From the NCBI GenBank assembly GCA_036785375.1, contig JAWMAR010000105.1, forward strand, positions 5,456,001 through 5,520,000: a stretch of 64,000 bases of DNA. The letters are read 5' to 3'. The notes beneath the pieces were generated by a model, which did no database searches, was not told the DNA's origin, and saw only the letters and a program-made list of their open reading frames with translations. This DNA comes from Leucoraja ocellata. Taxonomy: Eukaryota. The position numbers and the translations under genes are program-made. Shown one piece after another: positions 53,393-64,000 of the stretch (the first letter of the stretch is position 1; the number at the start of each line of letters is the position of its first letter).

Positions 53393-53735
53393 CAGGCACT
53401 CCTCGACTTGTGTAAGGGTTACGTTCCGTGAACCTTTACGTAAGCTAGATTTAACATAAGCTGAAATCACCATCCTCATCCCCTGCCCAAAATAGCCAAC
53501 TGAGAGCATTAACTCTCAACAGCGTCTGGCTGCGACTGGGGCACTTTCTGCGGAGCGCTGCCTTCTGGGTAAGCACTGCCGCCATTACTGACTTATTTCC
53601 GATGTAAACTTGAGTGATCGTTCGTTGTAGTGGAAATTATAAACTGCCGTTATTGTACTAGGGAGTGTGTACAGAGCTTTTTACGACAAGTGTGAGTTTA
53701 CACAAGTCGTCTATAGTGTAGGTCGGGGAGGTCTG
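53393..53735. mobile_element. Tigger/pogo-like MITE (old)
   Basis: Left end caggcactcctcgactt..., right end ...gtcggggaggtctg followed by TA. Confidence 0.5.
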
Positions 53736-53750
53736 TATATGAAATTAACT

Positions 53751-54064
53751 GTTTGGTTTGGTTTAGTTTAGAGATATAACACGGAACCAGGCCCTTCGGC
53801 CCACTGAGTCCGTGCCGACCAGCGATCCCCGTAAACTAGCACAGACCTACACGTTAGGGCCAATTTACAATCTTTACCGAAGCCAATTAGCCTACAGACC
53901 TGTACGCCTTTGGAGTGTGGGAGGAATCGGAGCACCCGGGGAAAACCCACACAGTCACGGGGAGAGCGAACAAACTATGTACAGACAGTACCCGTAGTCA
54001 GGATCGAACCTGGGTCCCAGGCTCTGCAATGCAGCAACCCTATCACTGTGCCACAGTGCCGCCC
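53751..54064 (-). mobile_element. V-SINE just downstream of the GASK1-like stop codon
   Basis: Full element on the minus strand. Confidence 0.88.
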
Positions 54065-54103
54065 TGTTGGTTGGTCATTTCAAGTTCAGACAATATTTTC
54101 ATT

Positions 54104-54308
54104 TCACATGTCTGGTCTCCTATGCTGCACGTGTTTGTCAGTAGAATGCTGCAATAAAACCTGCGCTCTTTTACTAATTCTGTCCACCAGCTTCAAAAGG
54201 GAGACTGTCCCTTTACTCTGCCAATATTCCTGGTCTTCGTACAAGGAACGCAGGAGCATTTCGGACAGGCACTGTGACGAGATGATCTTCAGAGTTCTGG
54301 GAGGTATC
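54104..54308 (-). CDS. GASK1/FAM198-family gene, last coding exon
   Basis: Acceptor TTCTCTGGCCGGCTACAG|G at 54309/54308. Encodes IPPRTLKIISSQCLSEMLLRSLYEDQEYWQSKG..LLKLVDRISKRAQVLLQH, matching the FAM198 C-terminus (FP..AV.VL.S.CL..MLL.SL..D..FWESQGG...L......R...L...I). TGA at 54106-54104. Confidence 0.85.
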
Positions 54309-54466
54309 CTGTAGCCGGCCAGAGAACAATATATCCTTTTTAAAATATAGAACATTGGGGGGGAAAAAATCCATTCAAATGACACAACATTGAAAAAAAT
54401 ATCCTTCGGGAGATTTAAGGAGCATGACACCCAGTCAGGGATGGATACTATAAGGTTTTCAGATTG

Positions 54467-54775
54467 GGCAGCACGGTGGCACAGTGGTGGAGTTGCTGCC
54501 TTACAGCGCCAGAGACCCGGGTTCGATCCTGACTACGGGTGCTGTCTGTACAGAGTTTGTACGTTCTCCAAATGACCGACTGCATGGATTTTCTCCAGGT
54601 GCTCTGGTTTCCTCCCCACTCCAAAGACGTACAGGTTTGTTGGTTAATTGGCTTAGGTAAAATTGTAAATTGTCCCGAGTGTGTAGGATAGTGCTAGTGT
54701 GCGGGGAGATAGCTGGAAGGCGTGGACTCGATGGGCCGAAGGGCCTGTTTCTGCTCTGTATCTCTAAACTCTGAT
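54467..54775 (+). mobile_element. V-SINE (intronic)
   Basis: Full element. Confidence 0.9.
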
Positions 54776-55234
54776 ACTCTGAATGCTTAAGGAAGGGGAA
54801 TGATCACTGGAGCGCAGCCCCTGATCGCCTGGACCTGTTGACTAAAGGCAGAGTTATCAGTGCCGAGGGACAGATGCCCAAGTTAGAGGAGTGTGGAGTT
54901 CTTGAAGAGTTGTAGAATTTCACAAGGCAAAACAGGGGATCTTAAAAGGATCGGGGGAAAAAATTGGAACTGGAATTTTTAAATTAAGGCTATTCATTAA
55001 TCCTATCATTGGAAACAATGCAGCTAGTTTTCAAAATTCAAATTCAGCCTTCTAACTTTCATCTCTTCACAGAGCACCTGATATGTTAACTAAACCGCTA
55101 TAGATATGGAAATCTGAGTTTTACAAGGAGTACAAGAAACAGCTCGTAATATTCAATTCCCTCAAATGGTTCTGGAGCTCACAATATTAAATAGTCTTTG
55201 AAGCATAAAACTGCAGAAGCCGGACATCTAAGAC

Positions 55235-55857
55235 AAAAAGGAGTCGAATATAGGAGCAAAGAGGTCCTTCTGCAGTTGTACAGAGCCCTAGTGAGACCAC
55301 ACCTGGAGTATTGTGTGCAGTTTTGGTCCCCTAATTTGAGGAAGGACATTCTTGCTATTGAAGGAGTGCAGCATAGGTTTACAAGGTTAATTCCCGGGAT
55401 GGCGGGACTGTCATATGCTGAGAGAATGGAGCGGCTGGGCTTGTACACTCTGGAGTTTAGAAGGATGAGAAGAGTTATCATTGAAACATTTAAGATTGTT
55501 AAGGGTTTGGACACGCTAGAAGCAGGAAACATGTTCCCGATGTTGGGGGAGTCCAGAACCAGGGGCCACAGTTTAAGAATAAGGAGTAAGCCATTTAGAA
55601 CGGAGACGAGGAAACACTTTTTCTCACAGAGAGTGGGGAGTCTGTGGCATTCTCTGCCTCAGAGGGCGGTGGAGGCAGATTCTCTGGATGCTTTCAAGAG
55701 AGAGCGAGATAGGGCTCTTAAAAATAGCGGAGTCAGGGGATATGGTAGGAACGGGATACTGATTGGGGATGATCAGCCATGATCACATCGAATGGCGGTG
55801 CTGACTCGAAGGGCCGAATGGCCTACTCCTGCACCTATTGTCTATTGTCTATTGTCT
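55235..55857 (+). mobile_element. CR1 3' fragment (intronic)
   Basis: ORF 55198-55782 GVEYRSKEVLLQLYRALVRPHLEYCVQFWSP...; (CTATTGT)n tail. Confidence 0.92.
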
Positions 55858-56817
55858 AAAAACAGAAAAAGTTGGAAATACTCAGCAGGTCAGGCAGTGT
55901 CTGTCGAAGGATGAAAAATTGATGTATTATTTTAGGTCACCATCAGTTCTTTTAAAAGTTCAGTGACCTGAAGCATAAACACTGTTCCTCTCTCCACAGG
56001 TGCCGCCTGATCTGTACAGCAGTTGCGGCAATTTTATGTTTTAACTGAATATTATCCCAGATATCAGGATTCATATTTCTATTTTGGTTAGCTTTCCAGA
56101 TTGTTGGGGATTTTTTTAAATCATAACTAACTTGCAATAGTTCACTTCTGCTTAAATATTTTGTTTTCTGCATTAAATGTTACATATATTATAGTTTCCA
56201 ATTTAATTTGTCTTTATCTATGCTGATCTTTGGACAGCAGTTATTCAGTAAAGACGTCGCAAACAATCACCACAACCAGCTACATTTCTGGAGTTACTTC
56301 TTCAGGGCAATGGTCTTCCAGTACCGTTCCGTGAAAGATTACCACTGACTTTCTCCCTCTCTCTCTCTCAGTCCCTTCCCTACCCCAGTTCCCCGTATAG
56401 TTTCACTGCACTTCTGATTAGTTTTACTGCTTGTATGCCCCCTTGTCACCTTCCCCTCAGCTAACAATGAATCATTCTACATTTCCTTACCATCGTCTGT
56501 TTTTTGATCTGTCATTTTCACACCTTACCCTTCAATATTTCGAGACTCCCTCTCCCCTTACTCTCAGTCTGAAGAAGGGTCTTGACCCAAAACATCATCT
56601 TTTCTTCTACTCCAGAGATTCTGTCTGACCTGCTGAGATATTCCAGCTTTTTAAGTCACAAGGTCATAAAGAATAGGAGTAGAATAGGGCTATTTGGCCC
56701 ATCAAATCTACTCCGCCATTCAATCATGGCTGATCTACTCTCCTCCCAAACCCCATTCTCCTGCCTTCTCCCCATAACCCCTGACAATGTTGTGTCTATC
56801 TTTTGTTCACTCTAAGC

Positions 56818-57165
56818 CAGTGGTTCCCAACCTTTTTTAGCTCATGGCCCCCTTGGGATCTTTTAATTTTTCTGTGCCCCCCCCCCCCCCCCCTGACATT
56901 ATTAGCGGATAAAAAGTACTTCAATATTATAATACCTTCCATAAAAATATCTGTCTATTAATTGCACATATATTCTCTTTTATTCTATTCCACAAACATC
57001 AAAAATATTTCAACTACATAGATTTAAATTTATTAGAACTGAAATGTAGGAGGCAACTGGGTGGTAGCTCTGTGCACCCCTTCATTGAACCTGTGGCCCC
57101 CTAAATCCCAAAACATTTCTGTGGCCCCCCTGAAATTTGCCATGGTCCCAGGTTGGGAATCACTG
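56818..57165. mobile_element. hAT (Charlie-like) MITE
   Basis: TIRs cagtggttcccaacct and aggttgggaatcactg; 8-bp TSD ctctaagc/ctctaggc. Confidence 0.85.
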
Positions 57166-57926
57166 CTCTAGGCAGCTCAGCTTGTAGAGCTACTATCTCT
57201 CAACTAAGGCAACCCACCTTCACTGCTACTGTCCATGTGGAGTTTGCGTGTTCTCTCCGTGACCCTATGGGTTTCCTCCAGATTCACCCACCTCCCAAAG
57301 ACACGTGGGTTGGTTGGCTAACTGACCACGATAAATTTCCCCCTGGTTATTTATGGGTTTGTGAAGAAGAAATACCATGGAGCCCGAGCCTGCTCAACCT
57401 CTCCCTATAGCTCAGGCCTTCCAGTCCTGGCAACATCCTCGTAGATTTCTGCACCCTTTCCAGCTTTTAAAACCAATTCATTTCAAAGTAACACCAGATG
57501 GAACAGATAGGCAAACTGTTCTTGGAACCTCAAGAAAGGTGCTGTCTCTCAGTAAACCTTTGGCCGTAGAGGGGTGTGACAGCCCACTTTACATCATTCC
57601 CCGGTGAATTAAGATCATGTGCTAAACTGCTATCAGCTTTCTTATACATTCACAACACCACCACACTGTGTAGTGGCATAAGAATGATTCGGGATTCTTC
57701 TCAGACAGTTCCCTCCATCATTAACCTGTGATGCACTTCTGAATTCTGGAATTCTAATGCAGGAAGTGACGGGAATAAAACACAATCATCTTAATTGCCA
57801 TTAACGACCCATTGAACAAAGGGGCTAGGATGGACTGACTGGGATGAATGGCCTGCTTTGTTGTTACAACCTGCGTGCATTACTTGTAATTTAACTTTTT
57901 TTTCTAGGTACTGCAGAAACACTTAC

Positions 57927-57966
57927 CAATCCAAATCTCCGAAAGTAACTGTGTGCTTCTCCTTCC
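57927..57966 (-). CDS. Probable 3' part of an internal GASK1-like exon, truncated by the assembly gap
   Basis: Strong donor TTG|GTAAGT at 57927/57926. Read in phase 2 it gives KEKHTVTFGDLD-W and joins in frame to the last exon (W-IPPRTL), the expected position of the FAM198 'NF.LLEGI..FP' segment. Similarity is weak. Confidence 0.5.
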
Positions 57967-58166
57967 NNNNNNNNNNNNNNNNNNNNNNNNNNNNNNNNNN
58001 NNNNNNNNNNNNNNNNNNNNNNNNNNNNNNNNNNNNNNNNNNNNNNNNNNNNNNNNNNNNNNNNNNNNNNNNNNNNNNNNNNNNNNNNNNNNNNNNNNNN
58101 NNNNNNNNNNNNNNNNNNNNNNNNNNNNNNNNNNNNNNNNNNNNNNNNNNNNNNNNNNNNNNNNNN
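57967..58166. other. Assembly gap inside the GASK1-like gene
   Basis: 200 N. Confidence 1.
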
Positions 58167-60091
58167 AGGACAAACTTTCTTCCCCCAGAGAGTTGTGAAT
58201 CTGTCGAATTCTCAACAACAGAAGGCAGTGGAGGCCAATTCCCTGGATATTTTCAAGAGAGAGTTCCATTTTGCTCTTGGGGCTAGCTAAATCAAAGGCT
58301 ATGGGGAAAAAACAGGAAAGAGGTACTGATTTTAGATGAACAGCCATGATCATATTGAATGGCAGTGCTGGCTCGAAGGGCCAAATGGCCTATTCCTGCA
58401 CCTGTTTTCTGTGTTTCTATGCTTGAGTATATGGCAATAAAATGCGACCACTTGATTTTGAAGCATTCATGCATGGTGGAGGTATAATGTAGTCATAGAG
58501 TGATACAGTGTGAAAACAGGCCCTTCGGTGCAACTTGCCCACACCCGCCAACATGTCCCAGCTACGCTACCTGCTTTTGGTCTATACCTCCAAACCTGCC
58601 CTATCCATGTATCAGTCTAACTGTTTCTCAAATGTTGGGATAGTCCCTGCCTCAACTACCTCAGCTTGTTCCATACACCCACAATCCTTTGTGTGGAAAA
58701 AGTTGCCCCTTAAAAATACTTTAAACAAAAACATTGAAATCATACTTCTACAATGCACTAAAACATGATTTTAATACATCAAATTTCAAAAGGCACCCCC
58801 CTCCCACACCCTCCCCCCACTCAGTTGCTACACTCCCTCACCGGGTACCCCCAAGGCCAGTGATCAGTGATCGCTCAGCCCCCCCCCGCTTTTAAAAATG
58901 CTCCACGGCCCCTGGCTTAGACGGAGAGCACTGCCTGATGTGAGCGGGGAACTGAGGCCAGTTGTCCGTGATGTCTGGATCCCAATTGTCAGCGCTCAGT
59001 GCTTTCAGAGTTGGCTAATGTTATTGATTTGTAATTAGTCTGATTTGTAATTAGTTAACAAAACCTTAATTTATTAATCCGGAATATCCAGGGGGATGGG
59101 ATAAGTATAATAATAAAATTAAATGCAAGGAGTCAGGCTGTGTCACAACATACAGCCCCGATAACCCATTATTTTCTATATTACATATTGGGAAGGTAGC
59201 ACTATTGTCATTTGCCACTCAACTATTATGTTTGTTTACCGCACTGACTATTTCTTAACCTCCCCCCCCCCCCAAAATTCCTTTGACAGGTTGAATAGAT
59301 ATGTGCCCAATCTCGTTGTTTTGTTAATTTAACACATAGATGAACATCCTCAAGGAGTGTAATCAGATGGAAATGGATTCAGATGTGATGTTTAAGACCT
59401 TATTCAAAGAAGGGGCTTATTTTAAAGGAGTGACAGAGATACATGCAGAGGAATGTGTGAGGAGGTGTTTATTTGTCTTTAGTTTTAGCTTGAACCAGGA
59501 CATCTGAAGATTCAAAGTTTAATATAGTAATTGTGCTGATACTGACTCCAACCAACCACATAATGAATATCAACCATTCTGTAATTGGGAATGGAGCACC
59601 CCCCCCCCACCCCCCTCGGCCGCTGTGCTCCCTCGGGCTTGGTCTCTCGCAATTTCTCATTCTCAACTATCACCCAATGTTGGCAGCCCTGCCTTGACCC
59701 AGCTCATCCATGTGACCAAGATGCCCCACCTGAGTAAGGAAAGCATGCTTTGAAATTCATCACTGGGCAGTAGTCACATTAGAAAGCTATACTTTGCCCC
59801 TCTCCCCCCAAACTATTTCATTCACATCAATGAATGTCAAAACCATATGCCCTCAGGTTCTACCCCATCAACCCTTTTCAAACCATCTCGACCAGAGTAA
59901 CCCATTAATTTTCTCTACGCAAGGCAACACGAGCAAATCTGCCTTTGTAATTTAACGCTCTAAGGCTTGATCTGATCTTGGTAAATCTGCATAGTCTCCT
60001 GCTCCAAACCTCCCCCAAGGTAAACAAGCAGGGTACAGAGTCCACCCATTGTGAGGTGCTGCATGTCCAAACATATTAGTGTCAAGATTAC

Positions 60092-61132
60092 CTGGAAAAA
60101 ATAATTCAACAGTTTCATCTTCTGCAGCTCTGGGCTGTTGTCCCGGACACACACTTCGCTTCCCCCCTCTCGGCACTTCCTGAAGACACTGGGGAACTGG
60201 GCCATGTGGAAGGCATCCTGCTGGGGGACGGTGCCTTGAAGTATTGGCGTCCATGGCTCCCACAACACCATGGGCTTCGCTGAACCATCTACGTATTGTT
60301 GCGGCAGCAGGCGGGACCTCAACCGCCGTGCCACCACCGGCTGGCTGATGTTGAGGCCCAGGATCCGGTCCAGGTGAAATGCGGGGACTTCCCACAGGTC
60401 ACTCAACTCCTTCACTAATCCGCAGGCTCCCGCTCGACACTGCTCTCTGCTGCTCTCTACAGCGAGAGAATTATTAATACTCAGCAGCACACGGACCGTC
60501 TCCTCTCCCCGAGTGTGGTGCCCAGCCTTTAGGACAATTCCTCCAGCCAGGAGCTTCACCAGCTCTCGGTCCCTTTGACTGAACCAGGTGAGAGGTTTGC
60601 TTGACTCAGCTCCATGCAAGAAATCAGTGGAATGGAATCCATCAAACCAGAGGCAGTCCTTGCTAGTTTTTGTTGGTTTCTTTCTCTTCTTCCCATTGAG
60701 GTTTATCTGTGATGCTGCACCTTTGCTTCTTGCTGGTTTCTGACCAGTCCGCTTATCCAGACCATATTTTGCATCCTCTATGATTTCATTGTCCTCTCCC
60801 AACCATTTCACGCTGCCAATGCCTTTAGGCTTTCTAACAGGTCGTACATTCTTAATCTTGTGATGTAGGTTTGATTCAATGATCTGCACAGATTCCGCAA
60901 AGTGCCCTGACTTGTAGAGTCTCCGGTGCTGGAAACTGCTGTGACAGGCACTCCTGCCTCTCAGCCTGCTTGCTCTTGTATGAAGCTGCTCATCAGCCTG
61001 AATGTGCATCTTGTTGTCCATGGCCACTGCGTTGATATCCTGCGCTTGCATCGTACAAAGCAAAAGAGACACAGATCCAAGAAGGCAGGCACATAAAAAC
61101 GCTATTTTCCTGTGTCGTCTCACACCTCTCAT
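60092..61132 (-). CDS. GASK1/FAM198-family Golgi-associated kinase-like gene, large first coding exon
   Basis: The ORF from ATG 61132 (context ACAATG) encodes a basic N-terminus and signal anchor (RRHRKIAFLCACLLGSVSLLL), then FAM198-type motifs WFS..D..LLA.G, CGLVK...DLWEVPAFHLDRILGLNISQPVVARR, LLP..Y.DG.AKP...W.P and ..NYFFQ. The frame is cut by a CAG|GTAATC donor at 60092/60091. Closer to GASK1A than GASK1B in several motifs, but paralog identity is uncertain. Confidence 0.88.
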
Positions 61133-61819
61133 TGTCAGGGAAAATACAATCACGTGAAAAAGTGTGCAACTCTTGATTTTTGTGATTATTCAAGTTTTGG
61201 AAGCGTTAATGTGGCATTAAGAATCTTTTCATTCAGTTTGTCGGTTCACTGTGGGCGTCTACTTGGTTCAATAGAGCAGCCGGTGTGGAATCCAGAGTAA
61301 AGAATATTTGGGAGTTCTTAAAAGGCAATGAATGCCCTAATTAAGTAGCTTAGATGTGCTTTATATATAGATAATGAATGGTTGGGAGTTGGTGCACAGT
61401 TGAGATCTCACTCAGGGGGTTCAGACGTTGGCCCAAACTACAAAAATAAAATGCACACATTTTAAAATTTCTGTTCAAGTTGCAGATGAAGGTTGAAAAT
61501 ACATTCCAAGTCTGTAGCTTCAGTCAGCATAAGCATTTCAGTTTTAAATAGGGTTTTAGTCTTACCTCCAGCAGCTCCGATCGGCATGATGTACGCGCTG
61601 TTTGATGGTACTTTGTTATGTCATGTATCTATTCATCTGCGGGACTATAGATTAGGAAAAAGGGTTTATACTTTACACAACAAAGTACCATAAAATATAC
61701 ACAATTTATGATACTTTATATCTGTGTACCTTACACTGTTTTTTATGATACTTTACATACGTGTGAAGAATACATTGTATTTGTAGAAGCTTATATCGGA
61801 GTGATGTATAGTTTGTTTC

Positions 61820-62129
61820 TTAGTATAGAGATGCAGTGTGGAAACAGGTCCTTCGGTCCACTGAGTCATCGCCGACCAGCGATCCCAACACACCGATACT
61901 ATCCTACACACACTAGGGACAATTTCTCAATTTTACTAAGCCAATTAGCCTATAAATCTGTACGTCTTTGGAGTGTGGGGGGAAACTGGTCCTCCCGGAG
62001 AAAACGATTGCAGGCCATGGGGAGAACGTACAAACTACATACACACAGCAGCACCTGTAGTCAGGCATTGAAACCGGGTCTCTGACGCTGTAAGGCAGCA
62101 GCTCTACTGCTGCACCACCGTGCCGTCCC
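61820..62129 (-). mobile_element. V-SINE
   Basis: Full element on the minus strand. Confidence 0.85.
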
Positions 62130-63147
62130 AAGGTATATGTTTTTATGGTGCGTTTGCTACAAAGGAACAGGAACTAAAAGGATGTTACACTCAATATTAA
62201 AATGAGCCACAGCGAGTTGTAAGCTCACTCCAATTATAGTTAAAGGAGTGCGGTGCCATTAGGTTGAAACCACAATTGTCCTGGATCCACTTCTAACGAA
62301 TGCTGGCAACAGCAGCTACAATTAATTATCCTTTTTGAGGCCGAAAGTGGGCTTCTTTATACATATTGAAAATAAACATCATTACCGGGTTAAGCGTCAA
62401 TTGGAATGTGTGACAAATGTCACTGCTTGTCCATATGATGGGTGAGTACATTCTCTACCACATCAAACGCATCACTAACACTCAATACAAAACCGAGCTG
62501 GCAAGAAGTGAAAAGGACTAACTTTCTATACAAGCACAGACAGCTCAGCTTACCTGTAAAAGAGTTCAATCTTCTGCCTTGTGAATTGAACCGTGTATTC
62601 TCGTCACCACCATCTGAGAGTTTGGTATTCAAGCTGACATCTTTTAAGAGATGGGCTTGAGGAGTTCAGTAATCGCCACTGATCGTGTCCCTACCTTTTA
62701 CCATTCCATTAGTTTGTGCTGCTGAACATTTCGGAAATTTTCGAAAGGCTCCAGTAAAATAAGCCGACTTTAATGATGATGATAGAGGAGTGGTTAACTT
62801 TCTTTTGATGCAATTGAATCCTGTCCAAGTCCACACATCATTAGAAACAGCATGGCACGTTTCAACACGAGGCCACAAGGAGACTCACAGCCAGTTATTT
62901 AATCTTCAGGGGCATTCAGATAATTAACTGAAAACATTACCCAATTTGAGAAATTATTGACATAAAACATTTTTATGTTTAGTAACAAATTTCATTTCAA
63001 ACTTTTGTTCACATCAGTTACCAAGGGAGTACGGTCTAGAACCCACCTCTGTATAAATTCCTTTCATATCATTGGAAGTGAAACTCAGGTATTCCGACTG
63101 TGATTCTCAGCAGCATAGCAAGTTGAATACTGATTCACATCCTGTTA

Positions 63148-63365
63148 TGGGCTTGCCCCACTTAGGCGACTCTTTAGGCGACTGCCAGGAACTAGTTTTA
63201 ATGGAATTCACCTATGACACCTGACGACAACCTACGACACCTATGGCAACCTACGACATCAAGCTACGACAGCAAAAATTGTCGCCAAAAATTTTTCAAC
63301 AAGTTGAAAATTTTGCGGCAGCCATCTGTAGTCGCCCAAAAAATCACCCAAGTGGGACAGGCCCA
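63148..63365. mobile_element. PIF/Harbinger-type MITE
   Basis: TIRs tgggcttgccccactt and aagtgggacaggccca; TTA on both sides; internal (ctacgaca)-like repeats. Confidence 0.75.
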
Positions 63366-63863
63366 TTAGAATATTGTTTTCTGGTGGTGGAAGAAACTGT
63401 GAATGGGGAACTTTAGCTGCTTTCTCTTCCTTAGCTCTTACAAATGTCCATGCTCTTGAGGTCTATTTATCAAAGGATTATCTGCAGTTGGCAACAGATG
63501 TACCAGCAGGCTCTTCAAAGAACTTCAAAAGAACTGATTACTTCTCCAGATTAGTACAGCCATGTTAGTTGATTTTCTGGGTGACATACTAGGAGGAGGT
63601 TAACGGTTCATAAAACAAAACCGAACAGACTATTTTGAACCCTCTAACACCATGGATCCATGACCCATACAGTCCCACAGGGGCACAGAACAATGCAAGC
63701 CAGAATCACTTGTGTCAAATTCCATTTCATACCGTGCTACCTTGTGACTTGGCAAGTGTTATCCACCCACTAATTGAAGGCATGTTTACACTTGCAAACT
63801 TTTGGCATTCATTCCAAACTAATTCATCCAAATCAATTTTTTGTACAATTAAGTAGATATACA

Positions 63864-63917
63864 GGGGTGGGAGATTGCAACCTTCACGTGGCCCGCCCTG
63901 TTTCGACGAATGCAATC
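63864..63917 (+). ncRNA. Minimal HDV-like (CPEB3-type) self-cleaving ribozyme at the 5' end of a short repeat
   Basis: P1 GGGGUGG/CCGCCCU (first pair G.U), J1/2 GA, P2 GAUUGCA/UGCAAUC, P3 ACC/GGC (GGU in the other copy), L3 UUCACGU, G after P1', vestigial P4 UUUCGA, J4/2 CGAA with the catalytic-position C at 63907. Confidence 0.8.
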
Positions 63918-64000
63918 AACCCGGCGTGCACAATCAAATAAGATCAAATAGAACAAGTTGTCGTACAACTTTAGGCAGTGCACGCCATACGCAAGAACAA
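63864..64000 (+). mobile_element. Ribozyme-capped SINE-like retroelement, copy B (tail runs off the window end)
   Basis: Same 5' start GGGGTGGGAG and same body as copy A; ends CATACGCAAGAACAA. Confidence 0.75.

Noticed and set aside
54467-54540. tRNA-like sequences at SINE heads
   Set aside because: They have A/B boxes but run straight into the V-domain without a proper acceptor stem; SINE heads, not tRNA genes.
57645-57730. Minus-strand ACAG|GTTAATGAT as the missing GASK1 'VHDRLD' exon
   Set aside because: Poor pyrimidine tract, no DR or CCGF motif, an in-frame stop, and it lies on the wrong side of the 57927 exon.
59960-60091. C-terminal part of the 397-aa ORF (VILTLICLDMQ...)
   Set aside because: Intron read-through past the donor at 60091; the sequence resembles a decayed CR1.
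63205-63275. Short direct repeats resembling a CRISPR-like array
   Set aside because: Irregular 8-11-bp units without spacers, inside a Harbinger MITE in a eukaryotic genome.

Overview
Repeat-dense vertebrate genomic DNA, most likely from a cartilaginous fish (inferred from HE1-like V-SINEs with CR1-type tails and abundant CR1 LINEs), with assembly gaps at 22287-23031 and 57967-58166. One host gene is recognisable, on the minus strand: a divergent GASK1/FAM198 Golgi kinase-family gene (large coding exon 61132-60092, probable partial exon 57966-57927, last coding exon 54308-54104). Most of the rest is mobile DNA: tRNA-derived V-SINEs, CR1 and Rex1/Babar-like LINE fragments, Penelope-like termini with GIY-YIG remnants, and hAT, Harbinger and pogo/Tigger MITEs. 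The main finding is a ~138-nt non-coding repeat in two copies (5392-5529 minus; 63864-64000 plus). Its first 54 nt fold by eye into a compact HDV/CPEB3-type self-cleaving ribozyme, and both copies start exactly at the predicted cleavage-site G. A structured 3' domain and an (AAG)n tail follow, and one copy has an apparent target-site duplication, which suggests a ribozyme-capped SINE-like retroelement. Separately, more than ten Penelope termini carry minimal hammerhead ribozyme cores, several arranged as inverted dimers. Repeat boundaries were read by eye and are approximate.
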